Shown here: piece by piece, positions 54,791 to 64,000 of the stretch
How positions within the stretch are numbered: position 1 is the stretch's first letter
Layout: each line of letters starts with the position of its first letter
Source: Treponema sp.
GTDB lineage: Bacteria; Spirochaetota; Spirochaetia; Treponematales; Treponemataceae
DNA: 64,000 nucleotides
Assembly (NCBI GenBank): GCA_045641045.1
Contig: JAZUGE010000057.1
Coordinates: 4,259 to 68,258, forward strand
Reading direction: 5' to 3'
Program-made: the position numbers and the translations under genes
The notes under the pieces: model-generated
Database searches by the model: none
Seen by the model: the letters and a program-made list of their open reading frames with translations, nothing else
Told to the model about the DNA's origin: nothing

Positions 54791-56365
54791 TTATTTAATA
54801 AGGCGAGCATCCTTAGCAAGCTGAACACCTTCAGCTTCCCATGCAGCACCACCGAGCTTATCAAAGTCAGCAACAAATGCCTTCCAGTTAGCTGGTGTAA
54901 GTTCACGCTTACCTGTCATAAATTCTGCGATACCCTGTTCGTAGAATCTCTTAAGGTCAGCACTTGGGTTAGGCATCTTATCCTGACCTACACATGCTGT
55001 CCATGGCTTAGACTGCATTTCACGGAGAGCTACGAGAGCTGACATCTTCTTTCCAGAAGGTGTTGTGTATGTTGGATAGCGAGAAGCTAATTCAACATCA
55101 CCGTTGAAGTATACCATGTTACGGAGCTGTGTTAATGGCTGGTTTTCAGACTTAGAGTAAGCCTTTGATGGATCTGCAAGACCATCAGCTACAGGAACAC
55201 CCTGAGCGTTCTTTACGTAGTTGATTCCTTCCTGACCCCAACCACAGAGGTAGTAACCTTCATCTGAGCTCATCCATTCAAGGAGACGGCAGATAGCATC
55301 TTTCTTACCAGCTTTTTCTGCCTTAGCAGATACAGCATACATACGGTAAGCCTGTGAGTATGTACCACATGATGCATTACCCTTTGGACCCTTTGGAGGG
55401 TTAGCAATGATGAAAGAACCATTAGGGAAGTTCTTATCAAATGGACCGTAGTTTGATTCAGCTGCATAAGCAGCATTCTGTTCACGGAAAATACCAAAAC
55501 GACCCTGCTTCCATGAAGCACGGAAGTCATCTTTCTTATATGCGAGCCAGTTTGGATCGATAACCTTTGCATCGATAAGCTTCTTCATATAAACCATTGC
55601 ATCATAGTATTCTGGCTTGTGGATGTTAAGACCAGCTGTCTTAACTGAAGAAAGGTTCCATGTACCAGCTACACCAAATGCACCGAAGATTGGATCAAAG
55701 CGGCGACCAAGACCTTCGTTTGGACCTGAAAGTTCAAGGTATCCACCATAACCGTATGTATCATCTTTTCCGTTTCCATCAGGATCTTTGAAAGTAAATG
55801 CTTTCATTACTTCAAAGTAATCATCTGTTGTTACAGGAACAGCGAGACCGAGCTTATCAAGCCAGTCTTTGCGGATTAATACACCTTCGTTACGAACGAT
55901 TGAACCTGGCTGAGCAAGTGCGTATGAATGACCGTCTGTATGTGTTGTAAATGCAATTGAATCCTTATCATAAAGCTTTGCTGTACGATTTGGCATCTTT
56001 GCATACATATCATCAACACGAGCCAAAAGCTTCTGCTTGATGAGCATTGTGTATGTGTTGCTTGAAATCATGAAAAGATCAGGAAGAGCATTAGCTGCAC
56101 CTGCAGCGTTGATCTTTGTATCCTGGTCTGTTTCGCTTGATGGGAGAGCTGATAACTTAAGGTTGATCTTAAGCTTATCTCTGATAATCTGGTATCCAAC
56201 CCAGTCAGCTGGGATTGGACCTGCTTCTGTTACAGCTGCACCGTACCAAAGTTCGAGGTCAGTTGTACCGTCTTTGTTTGTTTTTGCTTTTGGAGCAGCA
56301 AATGAAGGTGCTGCTACGCTAAGAACTACAGCTGCTAAAGCGAGGTTCTTAAATAAGTTATTCAT
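54791..56365 (-). CDS. Carbohydrate ABC transporter extracellular solute-binding protein (LplA/YtcQ-like)
   Basis: Signal peptide; LIRKDWLDKLGLAVPVTTDDY..VMKAF..KDPDGNGKDDTYG signature. Confidence 0.9.
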   Translation of the reverse strand: MNNLFKNLALAAVVLSVAAPSFAAPKAKTNKDGTTDLELWYGAAVTEAGPIPADWVGYQIIRDKLKINLKLSALPSSETDQDTKINAAGAANALPDLFMISSNTYTMLIKQKLLARVDDMYAKMPNRTAKLYDKDSIAFTTHTDGHSYALAQPGSIVRNEGVLIRKDWLDKLGLAVPVTTDDYFEVMKAFTFKDPDGNGKDDTYGYGGYLELSGPNEGLGRRFDPIFGAFGVAGTWNLSSVKTAGLNIHKPEYYDAMVYMKKLIDAKVIDPNWLAYKKDDFRASWKQGRFGIFREQNAAYAAESNYGPFDKNFPNGSFIIANPPKGPKGNASCGTYSQAYRMYAVSAKAEKAGKKDAICRLLEWMSSDEGYYLCGWGQEGINYVKNAQGVPVADGLADPSKAYSKSENQPLTQLRNMVYFNGDVELASRYPTYTTPSGKKMSALVALREMQSKPWTACVGQDKMPNPSADLKRFYEQGIAEFMTGKRELTPANWKAFVADFDKLGGAAWEAEGVQLAKDARLIK

Positions 56366-56443
56366 TATTTCCTCCTTTTTAGAAATCTATAATAACCATT
56401 TTGTTTTTTGCTCCGTAAAAAAAAATTTTTACAAGCTTTTAAC

Positions 56444-56492
56444 ATTATATCATAAAAAAATGGTCAGGCATAACAATATTTTATACCTGACC
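56444..56492 (-). terminator. Terminator-like hairpin after the permeases, overlapping an extended -10 element for the binding-protein gene
   Basis: Minus strand GGTCAGGTATAA/TTATGCCTGACC plus ATTTTTTT, immediately followed by TGATATAAT (56452-56444). Confidence 0.6.
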
Positions 56493-56517
56493 GTTTAATT
56501 TTAGTATAAAAGTGTCA

Positions 56518-57408
56518 TTAACCCTTTACTGAACCCAGCATAGTACCCTTTGTGAAGTACTTCTGGATAAATGGATATGCTATCATCATAGGAATAGCTG
56601 ACATAAATACTGATGCAGCTTTAATAGCCTGAACAGGAGCATTACCAAAAGCATTTACTTCAACGTATTCGTTCATACCGCTTGCCATAAGAATGTTGCG
56701 GAGAAGGATAGGAAGAGGGTTAAGGTCTGCTTCATTTAAGTAAAGCATAGCGTGCATAAAGTCATTCCAGAAGTTAACTGCATAGTAAAGACCAATTGTC
56801 ATGATAATTGGCTTTGACAATGGAAGAATGATTGAAAGAAGAACGTACCACTCTGCTGCACCATCGATACGAGCTGATTCTTTAAGTGATTCAGGAATAC
56901 CTTCAAAGAATCCGCGCATAATCAAACAGTTATATGTACCAATTGCACCTGGCATAAAGATTGCTGCAAGGTGGTTAGTCATATGAAGATTTGTAATAAC
57001 AAGGTATGTTGGTATCAAACCGATGTTAAACAAATAAGGAATGATTACAAAGTAATTTAAAATCTTACGTCCTGGTAAATCATGTACAGACATACAGTAG
57101 GCCATTGGAACTGTAAGGAACAAAGCTGTGATAACACCAAATGACATAATCTTCATTGAGTTCCAGAAAGCCATAATAAAGCCGTTGTTGCCTAACAGTG
57201 CAACATAAGCATCCTTACGCCATTTCCATACAGGGAGGAACATTGATTCAAGATTTGAACCAATAAAGTCATTTGGACGTACAGACTGAGTGATTGTTGA
57301 CCACATTGGGATTGCAATTGCAAGTCCGATAAAAATAAGGAACAGGTTAACACAAATATAGAATGTTCTATCACCTGCTGTGAGTTTTACTGTCTTTGGT
57401 TTTTCCAT
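56518..57408 (-). CDS. Carbohydrate ABC transporter permease (LplC/YtcP-like)
   Basis: EAA-like loop IPESLKESARIDGA, FWNDF, PFIQKYFTKG...GSVKG. Confidence 0.92.
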   Translation of the reverse strand: MEKPKTVKLTAGDRTFYICVNLFLIFIGLAIAIPMWSTITQSVRPNDFIGSNLESMFLPVWKWRKDAYVALLGNNGFIMAFWNSMKIMSFGVITALFLTVPMAYCMSVHDLPGRKILNYFVIIPYLFNIGLIPTYLVITNLHMTNHLAAIFMPGAIGTYNCLIMRGFFEGIPESLKESARIDGAAEWYVLLSIILPLSKPIIMTIGLYYAVNFWNDFMHAMLYLNEADLNPLPILLRNILMASGMNEYVEVNAFGNAPVQAIKAASVFMSAIPMMIAYPFIQKYFTKGTMLGSVKG

Positions 57409-57425
57409 ATCGTTATTTCCTTATA

Positions 57426-58367
57426 CTACAGTAATGATGATTCTGTAATCTTCTTAACAACCTTGTTTGAAATCATAACAAGGAGCATACCAATGATACC
57501 CTTAAAGATACCTACTGCAGTTGCAAGAGCAAATTCAAACTGAAGAAGACCCTGACGGTAAACCCATGTATCAATAATATCTGCTACTGAGTAAACTGGA
57601 ACAGAGTACAACATGAACATCTGGTTGAAACCAGCATCAAGTACAGTACCGAGCTTAAGAAGTACTACAGTTACGATTACAGGCTTAATTGAAGGGATTG
57701 TAATGTACCATACACGCTGTACAGCAGAAGCACCTTCAACCATAGCTGCTTCAAAGAGTGAAGGGTCAATACCCATTAATGCAGCGATAAAGATGATAGC
57801 TGCCCAACCCATTTCCTTCCATGCATCAGAAATTACAACTACTGCAGGGAAAGTTCCTGTATTTGTAAGGAAGTCAATTGGTTCACCACCACAGAACTTA
57901 ATAAGATCATTCAAAATACCATCACCAGGAGCTAAAAGTACAAGAAGAATACCGTACATAATTACCCATGAAAGGAAGTGTGGTAAATATACAAGTGTCT
58001 GAACAACTCTGCGGAGAATGTCACGAGTACATTCGTAAAGAGCTACAGACAAAATAATTGAAAGTGGTACACAGATACAAAGCTTTGCTAAAGAATAAAG
58101 AATTGTATTGCGAAGAAGTTCACCAAAATAGAATGAATGGAAAAAATTTGAAAAGTTTTTGAATCCAATCCACTGGCTGCCCCATACACCATCAACAGCA
58201 GCAAAATCTTTAAATGCAATCTGACCGTTTACGATTGGACCATACTTCATTATAGCATAGTACACAACTGGTATTGCGAGCAGTGCATAAACAGAAAAAT
58301 GTCTCTTAATATCCTTCCAAAGATCTTTCTTTGGAGCGGTAAGAACAGTTGTTTCTTGTGCGTTCAT
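57426..58367 (-). CDS. Carbohydrate ABC transporter permease (LplB/YteP-like)
   Basis: WIGFKNF, YLPHFLSWV, WKEMGW, IDPSLFEAAMVEGA, DIIDTWVY..GL. Start moved to ATG 58367, after GAGG. Confidence 0.92.
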   Translation of the reverse strand: MNAQETTVLTAPKKDLWKDIKRHFSVYALLAIPVVYYAIMKYGPIVNGQIAFKDFAAVDGVWGSQWIGFKNFSNFFHSFYFGELLRNTILYSLAKLCICVPLSIILSVALYECTRDILRRVVQTLVYLPHFLSWVIMYGILLVLLAPGDGILNDLIKFCGGEPIDFLTNTGTFPAVVVISDAWKEMGWAAIIFIAALMGIDPSLFEAAMVEGASAVQRVWYITIPSIKPVIVTVVLLKLGTVLDAGFNQMFMLYSVPVYSVADIIDTWVYRQGLLQFEFALATAVGIFKGIIGMLLVMISNKVVKKITESSLL

Positions 58368-58445
58368 TTCTAACCTCAGTTTACACATATTAGCAATTTG
58401 TCTTAAAAATTTACTTGTATCTTATTGGACAATACCGTCATAAAT

Positions 58446-61400
58446 CTATTGTTTCTGACGAATCTTTCCTGGTGGTACACCGTAAATCTTCTTGAATACA
58501 CGGCAAAAGTATGCCTGATCCTGAAAACCTGAATTCTCAGCAATCTCATATATAGTGGCATTTGTTTCCAAAAGCATTTTTGTAGCCAGATATATACGAT
58601 ATCTGTTGAGATACTCCCATAGTGACAATCCGATTTCCTTATGAAAGATACGTGTAAGATAGTCTTCACTAACATGTACTGTATCTGCCAGTTTCCATCG
58701 TACAATCTGCTGGGAAGCATTTTTATTCAAATACAAAATGGCTTTTTTTACCAGCGCTCCCGTGTGAGGAGGTAGTATTTCATCACCATTTAATATTGCA
58801 TGAACACGATCATTAAACTGATCCGACTCAGCAGCACCTCTGTTACACAGGATAATGCGTGGATGAGAGCAAAGCAGTTCAACCTGTTCTTCTGACAAAA
58901 TTGTGTCCGGAAGAACTATAATCGGAACAAGAACAGTTTTATTGTTCTGTCTTATTTTCTTTATGCTCGCTTCGTCAATTGTTTCAAAAACAATGAGAGA
59001 AGGCTTTATTTCACTCAATATGCGGTCAAAATCTTCCATTGAAGGAATACTAACGCTGTTACTGTCAGTTGCCCACGTGCCGTACCGGGTATGCTTTGCA
59101 TTAACAAATAAAACCGGTGCAGACTTTTGTGTTCTAACCTTTTGTTCAAGCATCTCAACAAAACTATGCCCAACAAGATTATGGCTATAACAAATAACAG
59201 GTGAACGGAATAAGTTTTCATAATGTCTCAGGCTATATACTTTAATCCATTCATCAATAGGAGCTTCATCAGGCTCCCAGTACAAAAGATTTGCACTTTC
59301 AGGAGTTGTATCCTCCAGCATTTCTTTTGTAACCTGACTAACATCCATATGAAAAATCTGTTCATTTTGTGCTTTACCTGACAAGCTGTACACCCTGCTG
59401 ATTTTATTTACAGGCTTTACAGGTGGCATACCAGAAAGATTAGGCCATGGTAATATTATTGTAGCAGATGTTTCAGATTTAACAACTGTACCGTACTGCA
59501 ATAATATGATTTTTTCAGCCAGCAAAAGCTCAGCTTTTGTCCAGTCCAGATTTGAAGATTCAATATATATCTCAAGACCATCAACTTCAGCAGTTACGGA
59601 CATCACAGTCCCTGTATATTCAAATATTGTCTGAAGAGCTTTTTTAAGACGGTCTGGATCTCCGTATAAAAGAGGCAAATCTGTATCTATTGCTGCAACT
59701 GCACTGCCTGGCAATACCTGACGGATATCAAAAAGCTTTTTATCCATAGGCAGATCATCAACCTGAGATCTTGTTAAATCAACAAGAGTTTCAGTTTTTT
59801 CCAACTGGGCTTCAATCTGACTCTTTAAAAATATCAACTGCTCACTAAGAATATCCTGATCAAGAATTCCCTTATCAACATTAAGCTCCATTTGAGTTAC
59901 TTTCGAAGATAAGTCTTTGAGTGGATCACAAAGGTCACTGCCGACATTTGCAAAAAACTCAGTCTTTGCAAACTCAGCCTGCTCAGCAATACGTTTTGCA
60001 TTTGTAGTCTCTTCAAAAAGGAAAATACTCTGCAATGTAGAACTTATTGTCGAACGCAGGTCCTCATATATACTTCCATCACAGTCTGAGTAACCACAGA
60101 TTACATATCCTAGCGGCTGATTTTCCATAAATAATGGCTGAACAACGAATGTACCGACATTAAATTTTTCAGCCTGTTTCGCAGGCACTAAAAGTTTTGC
60201 AGGAAAAAGAACTTCTTCATTATTCAAAATTCCTGCATCATCAAAACCACCAACAAATCTTGAAAAGCTGTCATTTTCATACAAAACAACAGAAACACTT
60301 CGTATACCTATAGTTGGTAAATGAATAGACAGTTTTTTTATAAGACTTTCACGGTCATGAACGCTCAATAAATCGCTTTTAAGTGCACTCATAATACTGC
60401 TGATATATTTATTGTCATTAAACTTTGATGCACTTACACGGCCCTGAATCTGTGAAATCATAATATTGATTGTACGTATTACTTTACTTACGTACTCTCT
60501 GGACAGGCTGTTTGATGATCGTAAAATACTTATAGCAGTAAAAAGACGTGTCAGCTCATAATCTTTATTAAAATATATATTGAGATAGTTACTTAATAAA
60601 TTGAATAAAGTTGCCTGGTCATTTTCAAATAATGCATCTAAAAGCCCTTCAATAATATTTTCAATGTTATCGCTATAACATCTGAACTGATCTACAAGTT
60701 CCTGTGTTATTTCATTACGTGAACGTGAAAAAACCTTTGGCTCTGGGGATGATACCCATGACTTAAGATTGTTACAGCCACAGCTTTCACGTACAACAGA
60801 GTATGCAGCTAACGAAATATCCTGAACACTCCTAGTACCACAATAAACCTGGTTTATCTGGTTATAGGCTTCCAGACCAAGCTCTTCATATGGCATATGC
60901 ACAGTAGACAGCGGTGAGTTAAATACATGACATTCAACACTGTCATTAAAACCAGATACAAGTAAATCACGGGGAACCTTAAAACCACGCTGCTCCAGCC
61001 ATTTTACAGCACTAAATGACATCATATCACTACAGCACACAAGAGCATCAAAATCTGTTCCAGGAACTAACCCTCTGTCTTCGTATAGCTCTCTTATAGC
61101 AGCTTCACCGTTACTCCAGCTTACATTTGTACTGACAAGCTTTAATACATCATCACTATAAAGTCCAGACTCTTTTAAAGCATCAAGATAAGCTTTAAAA
61201 CGCTCCTCGGCAGAAGAGTGGTTTAGGGGACCTCTGATAAAAGCTATTTTTTTACACCCATGCACTTTTATAAAATGCTGAACAAGCTCTTTCATGCCTG
61301 TATATGCATCAAAGTTTACACATGGATAATTTTTTATTTTCTGTCCTATTGTTACAAAAGGGATATCACTAAACGTATCGTGAAAACGTTCAAGTTCTTC

Positions 61401-61658
61401 GGCAGTTACAGAACCACCTATACTCGAAGCCCAGCTGATAACACCATCAAGATTTTGAGAATTAGCCAGTGAGTATACACTGTTTCTCAAATACTCAGAT
61501 CCTTTCTGATTATCTAAACGTCCACCAGGAAAAATAAAAAATGCTCCGCTTTGCCTTGATGCATGCGCAGCAAGATTAAGCCAAAGCTTTAAAGAAGATC
61601 CTGTGTGTATTGATGCCAGAATAAATCCGGTTTTTTTACCAGTATGATTTGATTTCAT
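58446..61658 (-). CDS. Cytoplasmic hybrid regulator: LacI-type sugar-binding domain + degenerate His kinase + degenerate receivers + AraC HTH
   Basis: IAFIRGP..H..AEERF.AY, ALVCCSDMM, VPRDLLVSGFND, VVRESCGC (LacI-type sensor); KTEFFANVGSDLCDPL (H-box without His); C-terminal SEDYLTRIF...GFQDQAYFCRVFKK (AraC). Confidence 0.85.
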   Translation of the reverse strand: MKSNHTGKKTGFILASIHTGSSLKLWLNLAAHASRQSGAFFIFPGGRLDNQKGSEYLRNSVYSLANSQNLDGVISWASSIGGSVTAEELERFHDTFSDIPFVTIGQKIKNYPCVNFDAYTGMKELVQHFIKVHGCKKIAFIRGPLNHSSAEERFKAYLDALKESGLYSDDVLKLVSTNVSWSNGEAAIRELYEDRGLVPGTDFDALVCCSDMMSFSAVKWLEQRGFKVPRDLLVSGFNDSVECHVFNSPLSTVHMPYEELGLEAYNQINQVYCGTRSVQDISLAAYSVVRESCGCNNLKSWVSSPEPKVFSRSRNEITQELVDQFRCYSDNIENIIEGLLDALFENDQATLFNLLSNYLNIYFNKDYELTRLFTAISILRSSNSLSREYVSKVIRTINIMISQIQGRVSASKFNDNKYISSIMSALKSDLLSVHDRESLIKKLSIHLPTIGIRSVSVVLYENDSFSRFVGGFDDAGILNNEEVLFPAKLLVPAKQAEKFNVGTFVVQPLFMENQPLGYVICGYSDCDGSIYEDLRSTISSTLQSIFLFEETTNAKRIAEQAEFAKTEFFANVGSDLCDPLKDLSSKVTQMELNVDKGILDQDILSEQLIFLKSQIEAQLEKTETLVDLTRSQVDDLPMDKKLFDIRQVLPGSAVAAIDTDLPLLYGDPDRLKKALQTIFEYTGTVMSVTAEVDGLEIYIESSNLDWTKAELLLAEKIILLQYGTVVKSETSATIILPWPNLSGMPPVKPVNKISRVYSLSGKAQNEQIFHMDVSQVTKEMLEDTTPESANLLYWEPDEAPIDEWIKVYSLRHYENLFRSPVICYSHNLVGHSFVEMLEQKVRTQKSAPVLFVNAKHTRYGTWATDSNSVSIPSMEDFDRILSEIKPSLIVFETIDEASIKKIRQNNKTVLVPIIVLPDTILSEEQVELLCSHPRIILCNRGAAESDQFNDRVHAILNGDEILPPHTGALVKKAILYLNKNASQQIVRWKLADTVHVSEDYLTRIFHKEIGLSLWEYLNRYRIYLATKMLLETNATIYEIAENSGFQDQAYFCRVFKKIYGVPPGKIRQKQ

Positions 61659-61799
61659 AAATACTAAACCTTTACAATTATTTTATATGGATGTCGCTTT
61701 TTGCTCAATAAGACAGTTTTATCCAAATGACAAAAATAAACAAAATTTTATCGGTTTTTATCAAAAAAGTGACATTTATTACCATAGAAGATATCAAGT

Positions 61800-61840
61800 T
61801 AATCAGATATAACTTAGATATCTATAATTATATCTGATTA
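61800..61840. promoter_or_regulatory. Nested palindrome upstream of uxaB, candidate operator
   Basis: TAATCAGATATAA (61800-61812) and TTATATCTGATTA (61828-61840) flank an inner palindrome TAGATATCTA (61815-61824). Confidence 0.65.
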
Positions 61841-61862
61841 GACTCATTGGAGGTTCTAAATC

Positions 61863-63425
61863 ATGGCTTTGAAGTCAATTAAAGACGTTGTAAAGACTGT
61901 ACAGCGCCCAGAAAAAATTCTTCAGTTTGGTGAAGGTGGATTCCTTCGTGCATTCGTTGACTGGCAGATTGATATTGTTAACGAAAAGACAGATTTTAAC
62001 GGTAACATCGTAATTGTTCAGCCACTTGAAAAAGGTATGATCGATGCAATGAACGATCAGAACAACCTTTATACAACAGTTCTTCGTGGTATGAAAGACG
62101 GTAAACCAACAGTTGAAACACGTACAATCAACTCAATTAGCCGTTCTATTAACCCATATACAAACTATGACGACTACATTGCTCTGGCTTCAAGCCCAGA
62201 TCTTCGCTTTGTTGTATCAAACACAACAGAAGCTGGTATCCGTTTCGACACTGAAATCAATGGTGAGCCAGTTACTCTTGATCAGAAGCCACAGAAAAAC
62301 TTCCCAGCAAAAGTAACAGCATTCCTTTATAAGAGATTCCAGGCATTTAACGGCGATACATCAAAGGGTCTTATCCTTATTCCTTGTGAACTTTCAGACC
62401 AGGCAGGTCTTAACCTCCGCATAAACATACTCCGCTATGCTGAAATGTGGCAGCTTGGACCAGACTTCATCAACTGGTTTGACGAAGCTTGTGATGTTTG
62501 TTCATGTCTCGTTGACCGTATTGTTCCAGGTTACTTCCCACTTCTTTCAAAAGATGAAAACGGTAAGACACAAGCTGAAAACATCTGCGAAAACCTTGGA
62601 TACGAAGATAAGCTCCTTGACTCAGCTGAACTTTTCCACTTCTGGGTTATCGAGTCTAAAAAGTCACATGAAGATGAACTCCCACTCGTTAAGGCAGGTC
62701 TTAGCGTTAAATGGGTTCAGAACATGGACTACTACCACACACGTAAAGTTCGCATCTTAAATGGTGCTCACACATCTTCAGTACTTGCTGCATTCCTTGC
62801 TGAATGTAACTACGTACAGGATATCGTATGTGCTGACAAAGTTGGTTCAGGTTTCAACACACCAAACGCAGATGCAAACAAGTTTATGCACGATGTTATT
62901 TTCAACGAAATTATTCCTTCAATCAACGGTGATCAGGAAGACCTTAAGGGTTATGCAAATGATGTATGGACTAGATTCCAGAACCCATTTAACCCACACC
63001 GCTTAATTGAGATTTCATTAAACTCAGTTGCTAAGTACTGGACACGCTGTCTCCCATCAGTAACTCAGTACATTGCTAAAAACGGATCAGTTCCAAAGCT
63101 CCTTTCATTCTCTATTGCAGCTCTTATCGCTTTCTATAACGGTACAGAGATCAAGACAGACGAAAAGGGTGCTAAATTCCTCGAGTCTAAGAGAGAATCT
63201 GGTGTTTATCCAAACAAGGATACAATGCCTGTTCTTGAGTTCTTTGCTGCTCTCAACAAAGAAACAAAAGATGCAAAGGTTATTGCTAACAGAGTTCTTT
63301 CAAATGTTGACTTCTGGAAGGAAGACCTTACAAAGTACGAAGGTCTCGAAGCAAGTGTTGCAGCAAACCTCGCAGACATTCAGTCTAAAGGTATGAAAGC
63401 TGCTTTAGCTGATATCGTAAAGTAA
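61863..63425 (+). CDS. uxaB: Tagaturonate reductase (altronate oxidoreductase)
   Basis: PEKILQFGEGGFLRAFVDW, VSNTTEAGI, IPCEL, LVDRIVPG, RKVRILNGAHT, RFQNPF. Confidence 0.93.
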   Translation: MALKSIKDVVKTVQRPEKILQFGEGGFLRAFVDWQIDIVNEKTDFNGNIVIVQPLEKGMIDAMNDQNNLYTTVLRGMKDGKPTVETRTINSISRSINPYTNYDDYIALASSPDLRFVVSNTTEAGIRFDTEINGEPVTLDQKPQKNFPAKVTAFLYKRFQAFNGDTSKGLILIPCELSDQAGLNLRINILRYAEMWQLGPDFINWFDEACDVCSCLVDRIVPGYFPLLSKDENGKTQAENICENLGYEDKLLDSAELFHFWVIESKKSHEDELPLVKAGLSVKWVQNMDYYHTRKVRILNGAHTSSVLAAFLAECNYVQDIVCADKVGSGFNTPNADANKFMHDVIFNEIIPSINGDQEDLKGYANDVWTRFQNPFNPHRLIEISLNSVAKYWTRCLPSVTQYIAKNGSVPKLLSFSIAALIAFYNGTEIKTDEKGAKFLESKRESGVYPNKDTMPVLEFFAALNKETKDAKVIANRVLSNVDFWKEDLTKYEGLEASVAANLADIQSKGMKAALADIVK

Positions 63426-63439
63426 TTTAACTTTTCATA

Positions 63440-63476
63440 AAAAAAAAGACCTCAGATATTCTGAGGTCTTTTTTTT
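63440..63476. terminator. Bidirectional intrinsic terminator
   Basis: A8-GACCTCAGA-TAT-TCTGAGGTC-T8 between convergent genes. Confidence 0.85.
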
Positions 63477-63493
63477 AATCAATTTAGTTCACA

Positions 63494-64000
63494 CTATTCT
63501 GAAACCAGGTCTTTTAAATCCTTATTTGTCATAGCACAAACACAAGAGTCACTGTAAATATTTACAGCAGTTTCGATCATATCAATTACAGCATAAATCG
63601 GCAGTATCACACCCATAATACCAATTGGCATACCCTTACCAGCCATAAGTGAAAGAGTTAAAAAGAAACATCCCATAGGAACACCAGCGTTACCTACAGC
63701 ACTTACAACTGAGATCAGTATCCATGAAATTACAGTAAAAAGACTTAAATCAACACCGCCGTTTTTCATAACAAAAAGAGATGTAACAAGTATAAACGCT
63801 GCACAACCGTTCATATTGATTGTTGTACACATTGGTAAGATAAAGCGTGAAAACTTTTTATCACATTTTACGTGGGTTTCAACACAACTCATTGTGACAG
63901 GTAAAGTAGCTGCAGAACTCTTTGTAAACAATGCAGTAAGAATTGCAGGAATCATGTTCTTAAAATGTTTTACAGGATTAATACCGCGTATTAAAAGGAA
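63494..64000 (-). CDS. Dicarboxylate/amino acid:cation symporter (DAACS family), 5' part outside the window
   Basis: FTKSSAATLP, P.CTTINMNG, VGNAGVPMG, DMIETAVNIYSD. The frame is open from 64000 to the ORF-track ATG at 63955. Confidence 0.88.
   Translation of the reverse strand, partial: FLLIRGINPVKHFKNMIPAILTALFTKSSAATLPVTMSCVETHVKCDKKFSRFILPMCTTINMNGCAAFILVTSLFVMKNGGVDLSLFTVISWILISVVSAVGNAGVPMGCFFLTLSLMAGKGMPIGIMGVILPIYAVIDMIETAVNIYSDSCVCAMTNKDLKDLVSE

Noticed and set aside
6800-61765. TTTTATC and TAGACTC as a shared pectin-regulon motif
   Set aside because: These are short AT-rich words, and TTTTATC also appears near unrelated genes (e.g. ~16996). They are not distinguishable from background by eye.
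1870-63396. The many other 60-150 aa ORF-track entries overlapping assigned genes (e.g. 7184-7489, 25940-26386, 36898-37341, 56037-56498, 57613-58002)
   Set aside because: They are antisense or off-frame shadows of well-supported genes, with no motifs or SD.

Overview
This is an AT-rich chromosomal segment of a spirochete, most likely a pectin-degrading gut or rumen Treponema. The assignment is inferred from the long archaeal-type PheS, the def-fmt-PASTA block, the tatD-dus-GAF/GGDEF-rhomboid order and the M23-bactofilin-YaaR-PSP1 block. It holds housekeeping genes (def, fmt, hisD, a HisA-HisI-HisE fusion, pheS, dusB, tatD, proS, cysK, a TrmH-family methylase) and an RND efflux operon with a double-TetR regulator and twin operator. 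A complete accessory chemosensory cluster is present (MinD-like ATPase, soluble degenerate receptor, cheD, cheW, STAS, cheA, cheR, cheB, cheY, MCP, cheW), along with c-di-GMP enzymes. Pectin-use genes are dispersed: PL9 lyase, gluconate-5-dehydrogenase-like SDR, KDG kinase, ABC importer, hybrid AraC regulator and uxaB. I saw no rRNA, tRNA, CRISPR array or mobile element. The strongest non-obvious signals are: (1) five genes with a sigma70 -35/-10 promoter exactly 6 nt before the ATG and no SD, i.e. probable leaderless mRNAs; (2) a dense DnaA-box cluster at 54557-54704 with no dnaA in the window; (3) a translationally coupled MinD-like ATPase, soluble pseudoreceptor with a CheZ-like DxxxQ motif, and CheD; (4) a cytoplasmic LacI-sensor/pseudokinase/pseudoreceiver/AraC protein. 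Several ORF-track starts were moved to better-supported start codons. All family calls come from motif recognition by eye; no database search was run.
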